From Bacteroidaceae bacterium (lineage in GTDB: Bacteria > Bacteroidota > Bacteroidia > Bacteroidales > Bacteroidaceae): DNA of 64,000 bases. The position numbers were made by a program, and so were the translations under genes. The stretch is from contig JAFSAT010000046.1 of NCBI GenBank assembly GCA_017442185.1, forward strand, positions 9,405 to 73,404, read 5' to 3'. Shown here one piece after another: positions 1-8,318 of the stretch. Every line of letters starts with the position of its first letter. Position 1 is the stretch's first letter. The notes beneath the pieces are model-generated. The model was not told where the DNA came from and ran no database searches. It saw nothing but the letters and a program-made list of their open reading frames with translations.

Positions 1-1
1 C

Positions 2-523
2 AGCTTTATAAATTGGCGAGGCATGAACGAAAGCGGAGGACGGCGAATAGCACGAGGTTATACCATAAAATCGGACACCATAAGACCTTGCAGCAACGAA
101 CTTTTAGAACGAACAAAGTTGCTTGATGCTGATTTTGCCAACTATGTATCCACAGAATTAGAAGAGGCCGGCAATAAACAGATAGATAGAACAACAAATG
201 CAGGGCTTTTTCGCGCATACGCTGAGAGATATCTTAAGCGCCACCCGAATGTGCGCAAAGATATGCTCATTATGGTACGTACACTCACTCCCACAGCCAA
301 TGGCCTTCCTATGCAATTCTACTGCTTCACAAACACCACCGATTGGGCTGAATATGAAAGCATACAAGCTGAAATAATGGAACACTTTGCATACATAATG
401 CCACTGTTCGACCTTTATCCCTATCAAAATACATCGGCACGCGACACGGTTATCAGCGGCATGATAGAGGCTGATTTTCCTTTGGAACATATCAAGGGAA
501 TCCCCAACGGAAGCATAAAATAA
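2..523 (+). CDS. Mechanosensitive ion channel family protein (YbdG/MscM-like), C-terminal fragment; the 5' end lies outside the window
   Basis: The frame is open from the window edge, with no stop between nt 2 and the listed ORF at 23. The C-terminal segment GLFRAYAERYLKRHPNVRKDMLIMVRTLTPTANGLPMQFYCFTNTTDWAEYESIQAEIMEHF resembles the conserved C-terminal domain of E. coli YbdG-type MscS homologues as I recall it. Confidence 0.7.
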   Translation, partial: SFINWRGMNESGGRRIARGYTIKSDTIRPCSNELLERTKLLDADFANYVSTELEEAGNKQIDRTTNAGLFRAYAERYLKRHPNVRKDMLIMVRTLTPTANGLPMQFYCFTNTTDWAEYESIQAEIMEHFAYIMPLFDLYPYQNTSARDTVISGMIEADFPLEHIKGIPNGSIK

Positions 524-593
524 ATTTAAAGGAAAGTGTGAATAACCTGTATTTTTATCTACCTTTGCTCGACACATGATACATTGAAAGAAA

Positions 594-1970
594 ATGGTAA
601 ACACATCGGCACAGAGAATAGAAGAGATCAGAGAGTCGCAAAGCCGTTTTTTTGCCACCGGCGCTACACGAGACTACAAATTCCGCATAAACAGGCTGAA
701 AGAATTGCAACAAGCTCTCTCACAATGGGAGCAACCGCTATGCGAAGCTCTGTGGAACGACCTGCACAAAAGTCGCGAAGAGGCTGTAATGACAGAATTC
801 AGCATTGTCTCGGGTGAGATAAAAAAACACATCGGCAATCTGCACAAATGGATGAAACGCCGCAAAGTACACACTCCGCTTAAGATGTTCCCCTCGCGCA
901 GTTATATCATAAACGAGCCGTTGGGAAATACTCTCATTATATCGCCGTGGAACTATCCTGTGCAACTTATTCTGAATCCGCTTGTAGGTGCAATATCTGC
1001 AGGATGTACGGCAATGCTTAAGCCATCGCCCTATGTGCCTTCGGTCTCTTCCGTTATCGAGGAGATGATCAGTAAAACTTTCGCTCCCGAATATATAGCC
1101 GTGGTACAAGGCAACAGCGATACAAACAAGCATCTGCTTGCCCAACGATTCGACCTTATTTTTTTTACAGGCAGCCCGACATTGGGACGCACGGTGATGG
1201 AAGCTGCTGCCAAGAATCTCACTCCCGTTATTTTGGAATTGGGAGGAAAAAGCCCATGTATAGTAGACAAAAACGCCGATGCAGACATTGCAGCACGACG
1301 CATTGTCTGGGGTAAGACACTGAATGCCGGACAGACCTGCATAGCACCCGACTATCTGCTGATACACGCATCAAAGAAAGAAGAATTCATAAAAGCATTC
1401 AAGAACGAGCTTATCAATCTTCACGGGGATGATATTTCCAAAAGCCGCCACTATGCACGCATGGTAAACGACAAGGCCTACAAACGTGTCACAGGGTATA
1501 TGAAAGATGGCGACATACTCTTAGGCGGAAAATGCGATGCCTCGGAACGCTTCATTGAACCCACCTTGCTCGAGAACACCGCCCCAGACTCCCTGGTGAT
1601 GCAGGAGGAGATATTCGGACCTCTTTTACCATTAATCACTTTCAAGGAGACAGGCGAGGCTTTGAAATTTATAAATGAGCGTGAAAAGCCTCTTGCACTA
1701 TACTATTTCGGAGAAACTAACAATGGATTTAATGTGCTCAGGCACACTGCATCAGGGGGTGCTTGCATAAACGATACGATAATGCACATAGCCAACGATA
1801 ATCTGCCATTCGGAGGTGTCGGATTTTCGGGCATGGGAAGATACCATGGACACGACAGTTTTTGCGCATTCTCTTATAGGCGTTCGGTTGTGGTCAGTTC
1901 CACCCTATTCGACATTCCCTTTCGATACATGCCATACAAAATGTTCGCCTTTATAAAGAGATTTCTGTAG
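594..1970 (+). CDS. NAD(P)+-dependent aldehyde dehydrogenase (class 3-like)
   Basis: 458-aa ORF with the catalytic Glu motif ELGGKSPCIV and the Cys motif GQTCIAPDY. EEIFGPLLP is also present, and the length is typical of ALDH3-type enzymes. Confidence 0.9.
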   Translation: MVNTSAQRIEEIRESQSRFFATGATRDYKFRINRLKELQQALSQWEQPLCEALWNDLHKSREEAVMTEFSIVSGEIKKHIGNLHKWMKRRKVHTPLKMFPSRSYIINEPLGNTLIISPWNYPVQLILNPLVGAISAGCTAMLKPSPYVPSVSSVIEEMISKTFAPEYIAVVQGNSDTNKHLLAQRFDLIFFTGSPTLGRTVMEAAAKNLTPVILELGGKSPCIVDKNADADIAARRIVWGKTLNAGQTCIAPDYLLIHASKKEEFIKAFKNELINLHGDDISKSRHYARMVNDKAYKRVTGYMKDGDILLGGKCDASERFIEPTLLENTAPDSLVMQEEIFGPLLPLITFKETGEALKFINEREKPLALYYFGETNNGFNVLRHTASGGACINDTIMHIANDNLPFGGVGFSGMGRYHGHDSFCAFSYRRSVVVSSTLFDIPFRYMPYKMFAFIKRFL

Positions 1971-1981
1971 AAAAGAGTTCT

Positions 1982-4282
1982 TCACTCATTTGAGAATGAA
2001 TAGGGCAAATCGTCTCTCTCCGTTCCTCGTGACATATTCGGCACAGAGTCCATTTCCATCCTCAAAAGGGCGCCATTCATAAGAATTTCGTGAGTTATGT
2101 AATTCTTTGTGTAAGGTGCTGCGTTGAGCATGATGCTGCGTATATAGACATTTTGTTCACTGTTTGCCGGAGCATCAATCACAAAGCTCTTACCATTCTC
2201 CAGATGTACCGTTGCTCTTTTGAACAGCGGAGAGCCTAGCACATATTGATTGCTGCCCGGACATACGGGATAAAATCCCAAGGCCGAAAATACATACCAC
2301 GCCGAAGTCTGCCCATTATCCTCGTCGCCGCAATAGCCATCGGGGGCAGGTGTATACATGCGTTCCATAACTCTGCGCAGGTGGTACTGTGCTTTCCAGG
2401 GTGCAGAGGCGTAGTTATATAAATATATCATGTGCTGTATCGGCTGATTGCCATGCGCATAGTTGCCCATGTTCATCACAACCATTTCGTTTATCTCGTG
2501 TATCGGAAATCCGTAATAACTGTCGTCGTAATGTGGCGGCAGTGCAAACACTGAATCGAGCATGTGAAGAAAGATTTCTTTTCCTCCCATAAGGTCGATA
2601 AGTCCTTGCGGATCGTGAAACACCGACCATGTATAGTGCCAACTGTTCCCTTCGGTGAAGTTACCTCCCCACTTCAGCGGCGAAAATTCATGTTCAAAAG
2701 TACCGTCCTCTTGCCGGCCGCACATCAAATTGTAATCCTTGCGAAAGAGATTACGATAATTGAGTGCTCGCATCTTCAGTGTCTCAATCTCCTCTTTACT
2801 GCGCCCGATGCGCTTGGCTATCTGCAATATACACCAATCGTTGTAGGCATATTCGAGGGTGCGTGCTGCACTTTCGTATATTCCCACATTACATGGGATA
2901 TATCCCAAACGATTGTAATACTCGTACCCGAGGCGTCCTGTCGAGGAGACCTCGGGATGGACGTTGTTTGCTCCATATACAAGACCTTGGTAGAGTGTGG
3001 CTGTATCATCGGGAGCGGTTCCTTTTATGAATGCGTCGGCAATCACCGATGCCGAGTTGTTGCCCACCATACATCCTCTGTGACCGGGACTTGCCCATTC
3101 GGGAAAGAAGCCGCTTTCACGATAGGTGTTCAACAATCCTTCCTGTATCTTCTTATTCTCGGAGGGTGCTATCAGATTCAGCAAAGGAAACAGACTGCGG
3201 AAGGTGTCCCAAAAGCCTGTATCGGTATACATATAACCGGGAAGGATTTTACCATTGTAAGGGCTGTAGTGTATAATGTTGCCTGCCGAATCAATTTCAT
3301 AAAATCTGCGCGGAAAGAGCAACGAACGGTAGAGACATGAGTAGAATGTACGTTTCTGCTCGGTTGTTCCCCCGTCAACCTCTACTCTGCCGAGAAGATT
3401 GTTCCAACAATCGCGTCCGCGCTCCATTATAGTGTCGAAGCTGTCGTCGCCAAGTTCGTTGAGGTTACATTCAGCCTGTTCAAGACTGATAAATGAAGAT
3501 GCTACACGAGCATGCACAACCTCGCCTCTTGTGGTATTGAAACCAACCACTGCACCTGTATGATAGGCAGTTTGCTGTAATACCCCCTCTTTGAGTGTAA
3601 CAGATGGGGTGATGTTATTTTGAGTCGGTTGCTCGTCGTTGCTGAATGTCGATGTATTCAAGAATGGTTTATCGAACACAATCACAAAGTAGTTGCGGAA
3701 ATTATCGGGCACGCCTCCGCTGTTGCGTGTTGTGTAGCCTACTATCTTATTCTCTTCGGGAATAATTTGTATGTGTGAGCCTTGGTCGTAAGCATCAATT
3801 ACAACTGACGAAAGAGCCTTTGGAAATGTAAAGCGAAATATTGCGGCACGTTCAGTGGGTGCAATTTCTGTAACAATGTCATAGTCGGCGATATATACTT
3901 TGTAATAATGTGGCAGTGCTATTTCGGCTTTATGTGAGAATCTGCCGGCTCGCTCAGTCTCGTTCATGTGTACGGTTCCTGTGACGGGCATCAACGAAAA
4001 TTGTCCATAGTCGTTTATCCATGGGCTTGGCTGATGTGTTTGTTCAAAGCCGAATATTTTTCCGGCTGTGTAGGTGTATTGCCAACCGTTGCCGATGGCT
4101 GCTGTGCGAGGAGTCCAAAAATTCATACCCCATGGCATTGCGATGGCGGGGTATGTGTTTCCTGCCGACATTTCAAAGCTCGACAGTGTACCCATGAGCG
4201 GATTTACATAGCGTGTGTAATCTTGTGCAAGAAGGGTTGCAGCAATAAATAGAAGCATTGCCGAGGAGAGTATTTTTTTCAT
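1982..4282 (-). CDS. GH92 family alpha-mannosidase, secreted
   Basis: Long ORF (775 aa as listed). The N-terminal GNTYPAIAMPWGMNFWTP block and the size are typical of GH92. I moved the start to the internal Met (MKKILSSAMLLFIAATLLAQ) that begins a signal peptide. Confidence 0.88.
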   Translation of the reverse strand: MKKILSSAMLLFIAATLLAQDYTRYVNPLMGTLSSFEMSAGNTYPAIAMPWGMNFWTPRTAAIGNGWQYTYTAGKIFGFEQTHQPSPWINDYGQFSLMPVTGTVHMNETERAGRFSHKAEIALPHYYKVYIADYDIVTEIAPTERAAIFRFTFPKALSSVVIDAYDQGSHIQIIPEENKIVGYTTRNSGGVPDNFRNYFVIVFDKPFLNTSTFSNDEQPTQNNITPSVTLKEGVLQQTAYHTGAVVGFNTTRGEVVHARVASSFISLEQAECNLNELGDDSFDTIMERGRDCWNNLLGRVEVDGGTTEQKRTFYSCLYRSLLFPRRFYEIDSAGNIIHYSPYNGKILPGYMYTDTGFWDTFRSLFPLLNLIAPSENKKIQEGLLNTYRESGFFPEWASPGHRGCMVGNNSASVIADAFIKGTAPDDTATLYQGLVYGANNVHPEVSSTGRLGYEYYNRLGYIPCNVGIYESAARTLEYAYNDWCILQIAKRIGRSKEEIETLKMRALNYRNLFRKDYNLMCGRQEDGTFEHEFSPLKWGGNFTEGNSWHYTWSVFHDPQGLIDLMGGKEIFLHMLDSVFALPPHYDDSYYGFPIHEINEMVVMNMGNYAHGNQPIQHMIYLYNYASAPWKAQYHLRRVMERMYTPAPDGYCGDEDNGQTSAWYVFSALGFYPVCPGSNQYVLGSPLFKRATVHLENGKSFVIDAPANSEQNVYIRSIMLNAAPYTKNYITHEILMNGALLRMEMDSVPNMSRGTERDDLPYSFSNE

Positions 4283-4360
4283 GGCCTTGTTGATTGTTAC
4301 ATTCAGCAAAAAGCGCGGGAACCGTGCAGGTTCTCGCGCCGATTAAGTATTTTTTGTCTC

Positions 4361-5443
4361 TTATGCCAACTGCTCTTTGATAAATTCCTGCATCTGTGCC
4401 TCGTGTGCCTCTACGCTCTGCAACAGTTTGAACTGTGCCTTTGAGCGAACAAGGTTGTGCTCGGGATACTGTATCTTATAGTATGTATCTCCGTTGATGT
4501 AGTCTGCCAAGAAGCGTACTGTCTGCATATAGGGAAACAGAGCTGCTGCATAGGGCAGATTCTCAATTTCCACGGGGGTGAGGAAGCAGCGTGCCGACTT
4601 CAAATAGCCCTTTGTGAAAGCCTTGAATATCTCCATATTGAAGTTCACATTGTCGAGATTTTTATCATCCTCGCAACCGGTATTTGCTGCCGAACGCAAG
4701 AAATCGCCAAAATCGGAGAATATGAAATTGGGCATCACTGTATCAAGGTCTATCACGCAAAGAACGTTACCGTCTTTGTCAAAAAGTATATTGTCGACCT
4801 TTGTATCGCAGTGGCAAATACGTTTTGCCAATTTTCCCTCGCGATGTAACTGCTCGCCTTTGCACATAACCTCGGCACGTTTCTCAAGCTCGTCTACAAG
4901 CCACTGTACCTCGGCAAGTCTGCCTGCTTTATCTTCTTTCACTGCTGTGCGCAATTGCCACAAACGGAATTCCATGTTGTGGAAATCTTTTATAGTCTCG
5001 CCCAGCTCCACAGGGATGTCGGCCAACATTGCTTGGAAGTTACCAAATGTTTCGCCCACTATATATGAGCTTTCGGGAGTAACACCGCTCATTGATGTTG
5101 TATCGGGAATAAAGACCATTATGCGCCAATATTTTTCGCCGTCATAGTGGTAATATTTACCATCCTTTGCGGGCACGAAGCGTAATACCTTACGCTCTAT
5201 ATCCTCAACGCCATCGGCTTCGTACTTGTTGCGTATGTGATTTGTAACGGCATTTATATTATTCATCAACATTTCAACGTCGGGGAAAATGGCATTATTC
5301 ACATGTTGGAGCACATAGTCGGGAGCGTCTCCTTCGGTAACAACGCGATAGGTTGTATTTATAAGTCCGTTACCTAAAGGTTTAACTTCGCTGACAGCAC
5401 CTTGAATGTCGAATTGTGCCACTATTTGCTTAAGATTGTCCAT
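4361..5443 (-). CDS. Phosphotransferase (APH/choline-kinase fold), N-acetylhexosamine-1-kinase (NahK)-like sugar kinase
   Basis: 360 aa. Brenner-type catalytic loop HCDTKVDNILFD and metal-binding VIDLDT are present. The size and the position next to a GH92 gene fit a sugar-1-kinase. Confidence 0.7.
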   Translation of the reverse strand: MDNLKQIVAQFDIQGAVSEVKPLGNGLINTTYRVVTEGDAPDYVLQHVNNAIFPDVEMLMNNINAVTNHIRNKYEADGVEDIERKVLRFVPAKDGKYYHYDGEKYWRIMVFIPDTTSMSGVTPESSYIVGETFGNFQAMLADIPVELGETIKDFHNMEFRLWQLRTAVKEDKAGRLAEVQWLVDELEKRAEVMCKGEQLHREGKLAKRICHCDTKVDNILFDKDGNVLCVIDLDTVMPNFIFSDFGDFLRSAANTGCEDDKNLDNVNFNMEIFKAFTKGYLKSARCFLTPVEIENLPYAAALFPYMQTVRFLADYINGDTYYKIQYPEHNLVRSKAQFKLLQSVEAHEAQMQEFIKEQLA

Positions 5444-5580
5444 TGGAGTAATATTTTAAAGTTAGCTGTTTCTTAGTCATCGTGCCGATGTTTTTTTACA
5501 CCCCGGCCTACTGCAAAAATAGCTTTTTTTTTATCTATTACAAAATTTATAGAAGTTTTTTATATACAAAGTCGTTATAT

Positions 5581-5628
5581 TCACAAAAAAGTTCCATGTC
5601 ACAATAGCAACATGGAACTTTTTTGTGA
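5581..5628 (-). terminator. Rho-independent-type terminator (perfect 18-bp stem) downstream of the aspS/small-ORF unit
   Basis: tcacaaaaaagttccatg (5581-5598) pairs perfectly with catggaacttttttgtga (5611-5628) around a 12-nt loop. A/T runs lie inside and beside the stem. Confidence 0.6.
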
Positions 5629-5639
5629 ATGGTTTAACT

Positions 5640-5801
5640 TTATAATGGCCTGGGAGCGCTGAATAGCGAAACTATCATAAATGCAAGAAATGCCAGCGCC
5701 ACCACTATCACGGCAATACGCATCATCCATTTACGCATTTTTTTTTGTGCTGCTTTGCGCTGTTTGGACGAACTTTTCTTGGTTTTTACTCTCTTTTTCA
5801 T
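5640..5801 (-). CDS. Hypothetical small basic membrane protein (53 aa)
   Basis: Hand-translated ORF below the track cutoff: MKKRVKTKKSSSKQRKAAQKKMRKWMMRIAVIVVALAFLAFMIVSLFSAPRPL. It has a Lys/Arg-rich N-terminus and one TM helix. It lies between a promoter-like 25-nt element (5845-5869) and the 5581-5628 terminator. There is no homology evidence. Confidence 0.35.
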   Translation of the reverse strand: MKKRVKTKKSSSKQRKAAQKKMRKWMMRIAVIVVALAFLAFMIVSLFSAPRPL

Positions 5802-5844
5802 TTAATTTCTGAAACTATCTTTGATATAAATCTCTTAAACAGGC

Positions 5845-5869
5845 CTGCGCTCGTTGCAAAATAATAAAG
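5845..5869 (-). repeat. 25-nt conserved element, copy 1 (CTTTATTATTTTGCAACGAGCGCAG on the minus strand)
   Basis: It is 24/25 identical to 22529-22553. It lies 44-68 nt upstream of the small ORF start (5801) and contains the near-consensus -7 box TTATTTTG. Confidence 0.6.
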
Positions 5870-5926
5870 TTAGCTTTATTTCACACGTTTGGCACTATTT
5901 TTGCCGAATTGTATTTAAACGGTTCT

Positions 5927-5947
5927 TAGAAACTGTTTAAATTTATG
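5927..5947 (+). repeat. Copy A of the intergenic motif TAGAARCTGTTTAAAYTT
   Basis: The sequence is tagaaactgtttaaatttatg. It overlaps the aspS stop codon. An upstream atttaaac (5913-5920) can pair with gtttaaat (5935-5942). Confidence 0.6.
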
Positions 5948-7718
5948 ATATTATCTTATTCTCTTTTATATCGAGCGCGATATTTAGTTCTTCGAGCTGT
6001 GATGGCTCTAATTTCGACGGTGCATCTATCATTGTATCGCGTCCTGAATTATTCTTGGGGAACGCAATGCAGTCGCGTATACTGTCAAGACCGGCAAACA
6101 GGCTCACCCATCTGTCGAGACCGTATGCAAGACCGCCATGAGGAGGTGCTCCGTATTTGAATGCGTCGAGCAGCCATCCGAATTGTTGCTGTGCCTGCTC
6201 GGGTGTGAATCCCAACAGACGGAACATCTTATTCTGCAATGAGCTGTCGAATATTCGTATCGAGCCGCCACCAACTTCTACACCATTGATTACCATATCG
6301 TAGGCATTTGCACGCACTTTGCCTATGTCGCTGCCGTCCAACAGTGGAACATCTTCGGGCTTGGGTGATGTAAAGGGGTGATGCATTGCCATATATCGTC
6401 CCTCTTCTTCGCTATATTCAAAAAGTGGGAAATCTACAACCCACAGGCATGAGAATTTATTCTTGTCGCGCATACCCAGCTGTTCGGCAACCTCAAGGCG
6501 CAGTTCGCACAGTTGCTTGCGAGTTTTCATTGCATCGTCGCCACTGAGTATTAGAATAAGGTCGCCCGGCTCTGCTGCAAAAGCATTTTTCATCTGTTGC
6601 AGTGTCTCTTGTGTATAAAATTTATCTACACTCGATTTTACATTACCGTCACTTTCGACACGGGCATACACCATACCCTTTGCCCCTATTTGGGGACGGC
6701 GCACAAAATCGGTAAGGGCATCGAGTTGTTTGCGAGTGTACGATGCTGCGCCTTTTGCACATATTCCGCCTATGTATGTTGCACTATCGAACACTCCGAA
6801 TCCGTGCCCCTTCATTATATCCATAAGTTCTACAAATTTCATGTCGAAACGTGTGTCGGGCTTGTCACTGCCGTAGTACTTCATTGCGTCGTGCCAAGTT
6901 ATGCGGGGGAACTTTTCGGTAAGTTCTACATTGCGTATTGTCTTGAAGAGGTGTTTTGCCATTCCTTCAAAGAGTGTTATTACATCTTCTTGTTCTACGA
7001 AACTCATCTCGCAGTCAATCTGAGTAAATTCCGGCTGGCGGTCGGCACGTAAGTCTTCGTCGCGGAAACATTTTACAATCTGGAAGTAACGGTCGAACCC
7101 CGAAACCATGAGCAACTGTTTGAAAAGTTGCGGACTCTGAGGCAGTGCATAGAATTGTCCGGGATTCATGCGCGAAGGTACCACAAAGTCGCGGGCGCCC
7201 TCGGGTGTAGAGGCAATAAGCATCGGTGTCTCTACCTCAATGAATCCTTGTGCATCGAGGTAACGGCGCACCTCCATGGTCATCTTGTGACGCAGCTCAA
7301 GATTCTTGCGCACACATTCGCGACGAAGATCCAGATAGCGATACTTCATGCGCAGTTCGTCGCCACCGTCGGTATTATTATCTATGGTGAAAGGGGGAGT
7401 TTTTGATTCGTTCAGCACATTTAGTGTCTCAGCTGCTATCTCAATATCTCCGGTGGGAATATTTGCATTTTTACTTTGGCGTTCGCGCACTGTTCCGCTC
7501 ACCTGAATCACATATTCGCGCCCGAGTTTTGATGCTTTTTCACACAAATCTGCATTGCTGTCTTCGCTAAACACCAGCTGTGTTACTCCGTAACGGTCGC
7601 GCAAATCCACAAAGGTCATGCCTCCCATTTTACGTGCACGCTGCACCCAACCGCTGAGTGTTACATTTTTCTCTACATCGGCGATTCTAAGTTCGCCGCA
7701 GTTTTTTGTACGATACAT
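5943..7718 (-). CDS. aspS: Aspartate--tRNA ligase
   Basis: 591 aa. Class II aaRS motifs are present ([39 protein letters not shown]) with an N-terminal OB-fold anticodon-binding region. Confidence 0.97.
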   Translation of the reverse strand: MYRTKNCGELRIADVEKNVTLSGWVQRARKMGGMTFVDLRDRYGVTQLVFSEDSNADLCEKASKLGREYVIQVSGTVRERQSKNANIPTGDIEIAAETLNVLNESKTPPFTIDNNTDGGDELRMKYRYLDLRRECVRKNLELRHKMTMEVRRYLDAQGFIEVETPMLIASTPEGARDFVVPSRMNPGQFYALPQSPQLFKQLLMVSGFDRYFQIVKCFRDEDLRADRQPEFTQIDCEMSFVEQEDVITLFEGMAKHLFKTIRNVELTEKFPRITWHDAMKYYGSDKPDTRFDMKFVELMDIMKGHGFGVFDSATYIGGICAKGAASYTRKQLDALTDFVRRPQIGAKGMVYARVESDGNVKSSVDKFYTQETLQQMKNAFAAEPGDLILILSGDDAMKTRKQLCELRLEVAEQLGMRDKNKFSCLWVVDFPLFEYSEEEGRYMAMHHPFTSPKPEDVPLLDGSDIGKVRANAYDMVINGVEVGGGSIRIFDSSLQNKMFRLLGFTPEQAQQQFGWLLDAFKYGAPPHGGLAYGLDRWVSLFAGLDSIRDCIAFPKNNSGRDTMIDAPSKLEPSQLEELNIALDIKENKIIS

Positions 7719-7853
7719 ATTATATATATAGGTTTATATTTGGCAGTTGTTTTTTGGTTTTTCTAAAAGGCTCTTTAATAAACAGAGCACATTTAATAGC
7801 CTAATAACCTACAAAATTAATTAAAAAAAATCAATATCTCACAATAATAACAT

Positions 7854-7873
7854 TAAGAAGCTGTTTAAATTTC
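7854..7873 (+). repeat. Copy B of the motif
   Basis: The sequence is taagaagctgtttaaatttc, in the aspS / tRNA-Gly intergenic region. Confidence 0.6.
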
Positions 7874-8083
7874 TAAAAAATATTTTCTTGCGAGAAACTG
7901 TATTGTTTGTTTCGCCATTTTATATTCAAAAATGTCTGTTTATCTCTTTTTCGCTCTATAAAAATGTAGCGATATATATTAAACAGTTTATTAAATATCT
8001 GCACCTGCAATTATCAAAAGATAATATTTTATTTTTAGTTCTTTTTTTTATTGTTTTTACAACAATAGAAAAAATAAAAGTGC

Positions 8084-8091
8084 TATCTTTG
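8084..8091 (+). promoter_or_regulatory. Bacteroidota sigma-A -7 box (TATCTTTG) for tRNA-Gly
   Basis: Exact TAnnTTTG match 19 nt upstream of the mature tRNA 5' end. Confidence 0.45.
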
Positions 8092-8109
8092 CATCGCATT
8101 TAAACAAAT

Positions 8110-8182
8110 GCGGTAGTAGCTCAGTTGGTAGAGCATCAGCTTCCCAAGCTGAGGGTCGCGGGTTCGAGCCCCGTTTACCGCT
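8110..8182 (+). tRNA. tRNA-Gly (anticodon CCC)
   Basis: Hand-folded cloverleaf: acceptor gcggtag/ttaccgc, D arm gctc-agttggta-gagc, anticodon arm tcagc-ttCCCaa-gctga, T arm gcggg-ttcgagc-cccgt. CCA is not encoded. Confidence 0.92.
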
Positions 8183-8187
8183 CATAA

Positions 8188-8227
8188 AATATTGCAACTT
8201 TTATATCAAAAGTTGCAATATTTTTTT
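8188..8227. terminator. Bidirectional stem-loop terminator (tRNA-Gly / glnN)
   Basis: aaatattgcaactttt / aaaagttgcaatatt stem with a 5-nt loop, followed by a T7 run. It sits between the tRNA and the convergent glnN. Confidence 0.6.
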
Positions 8228-8318
8228 ATGGTTCACACCTGTAAGAGATTTGCCAAAATCATCCGATGCAGCCGGCAGCCGTTGTTAAATATCTGAGCAG
8301 CTTATTGAAACGCTGTTA

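Noticed and set aside
7888-8103. 71-aa ORF in the aspS/tRNA-Gly spacer. Comparable AT-rich intergenic ORFs occur at 10674-10877, 22561-22863, 22732-22983, 22829-23086, 30791-31072 and 63477-63680.
   Set aside because: They use non-ATG or weak starts, have Phe/Ile/Lys/Leu-dominated AT-driven composition, overlap promoters, terminators or each other, and have no domain signal.
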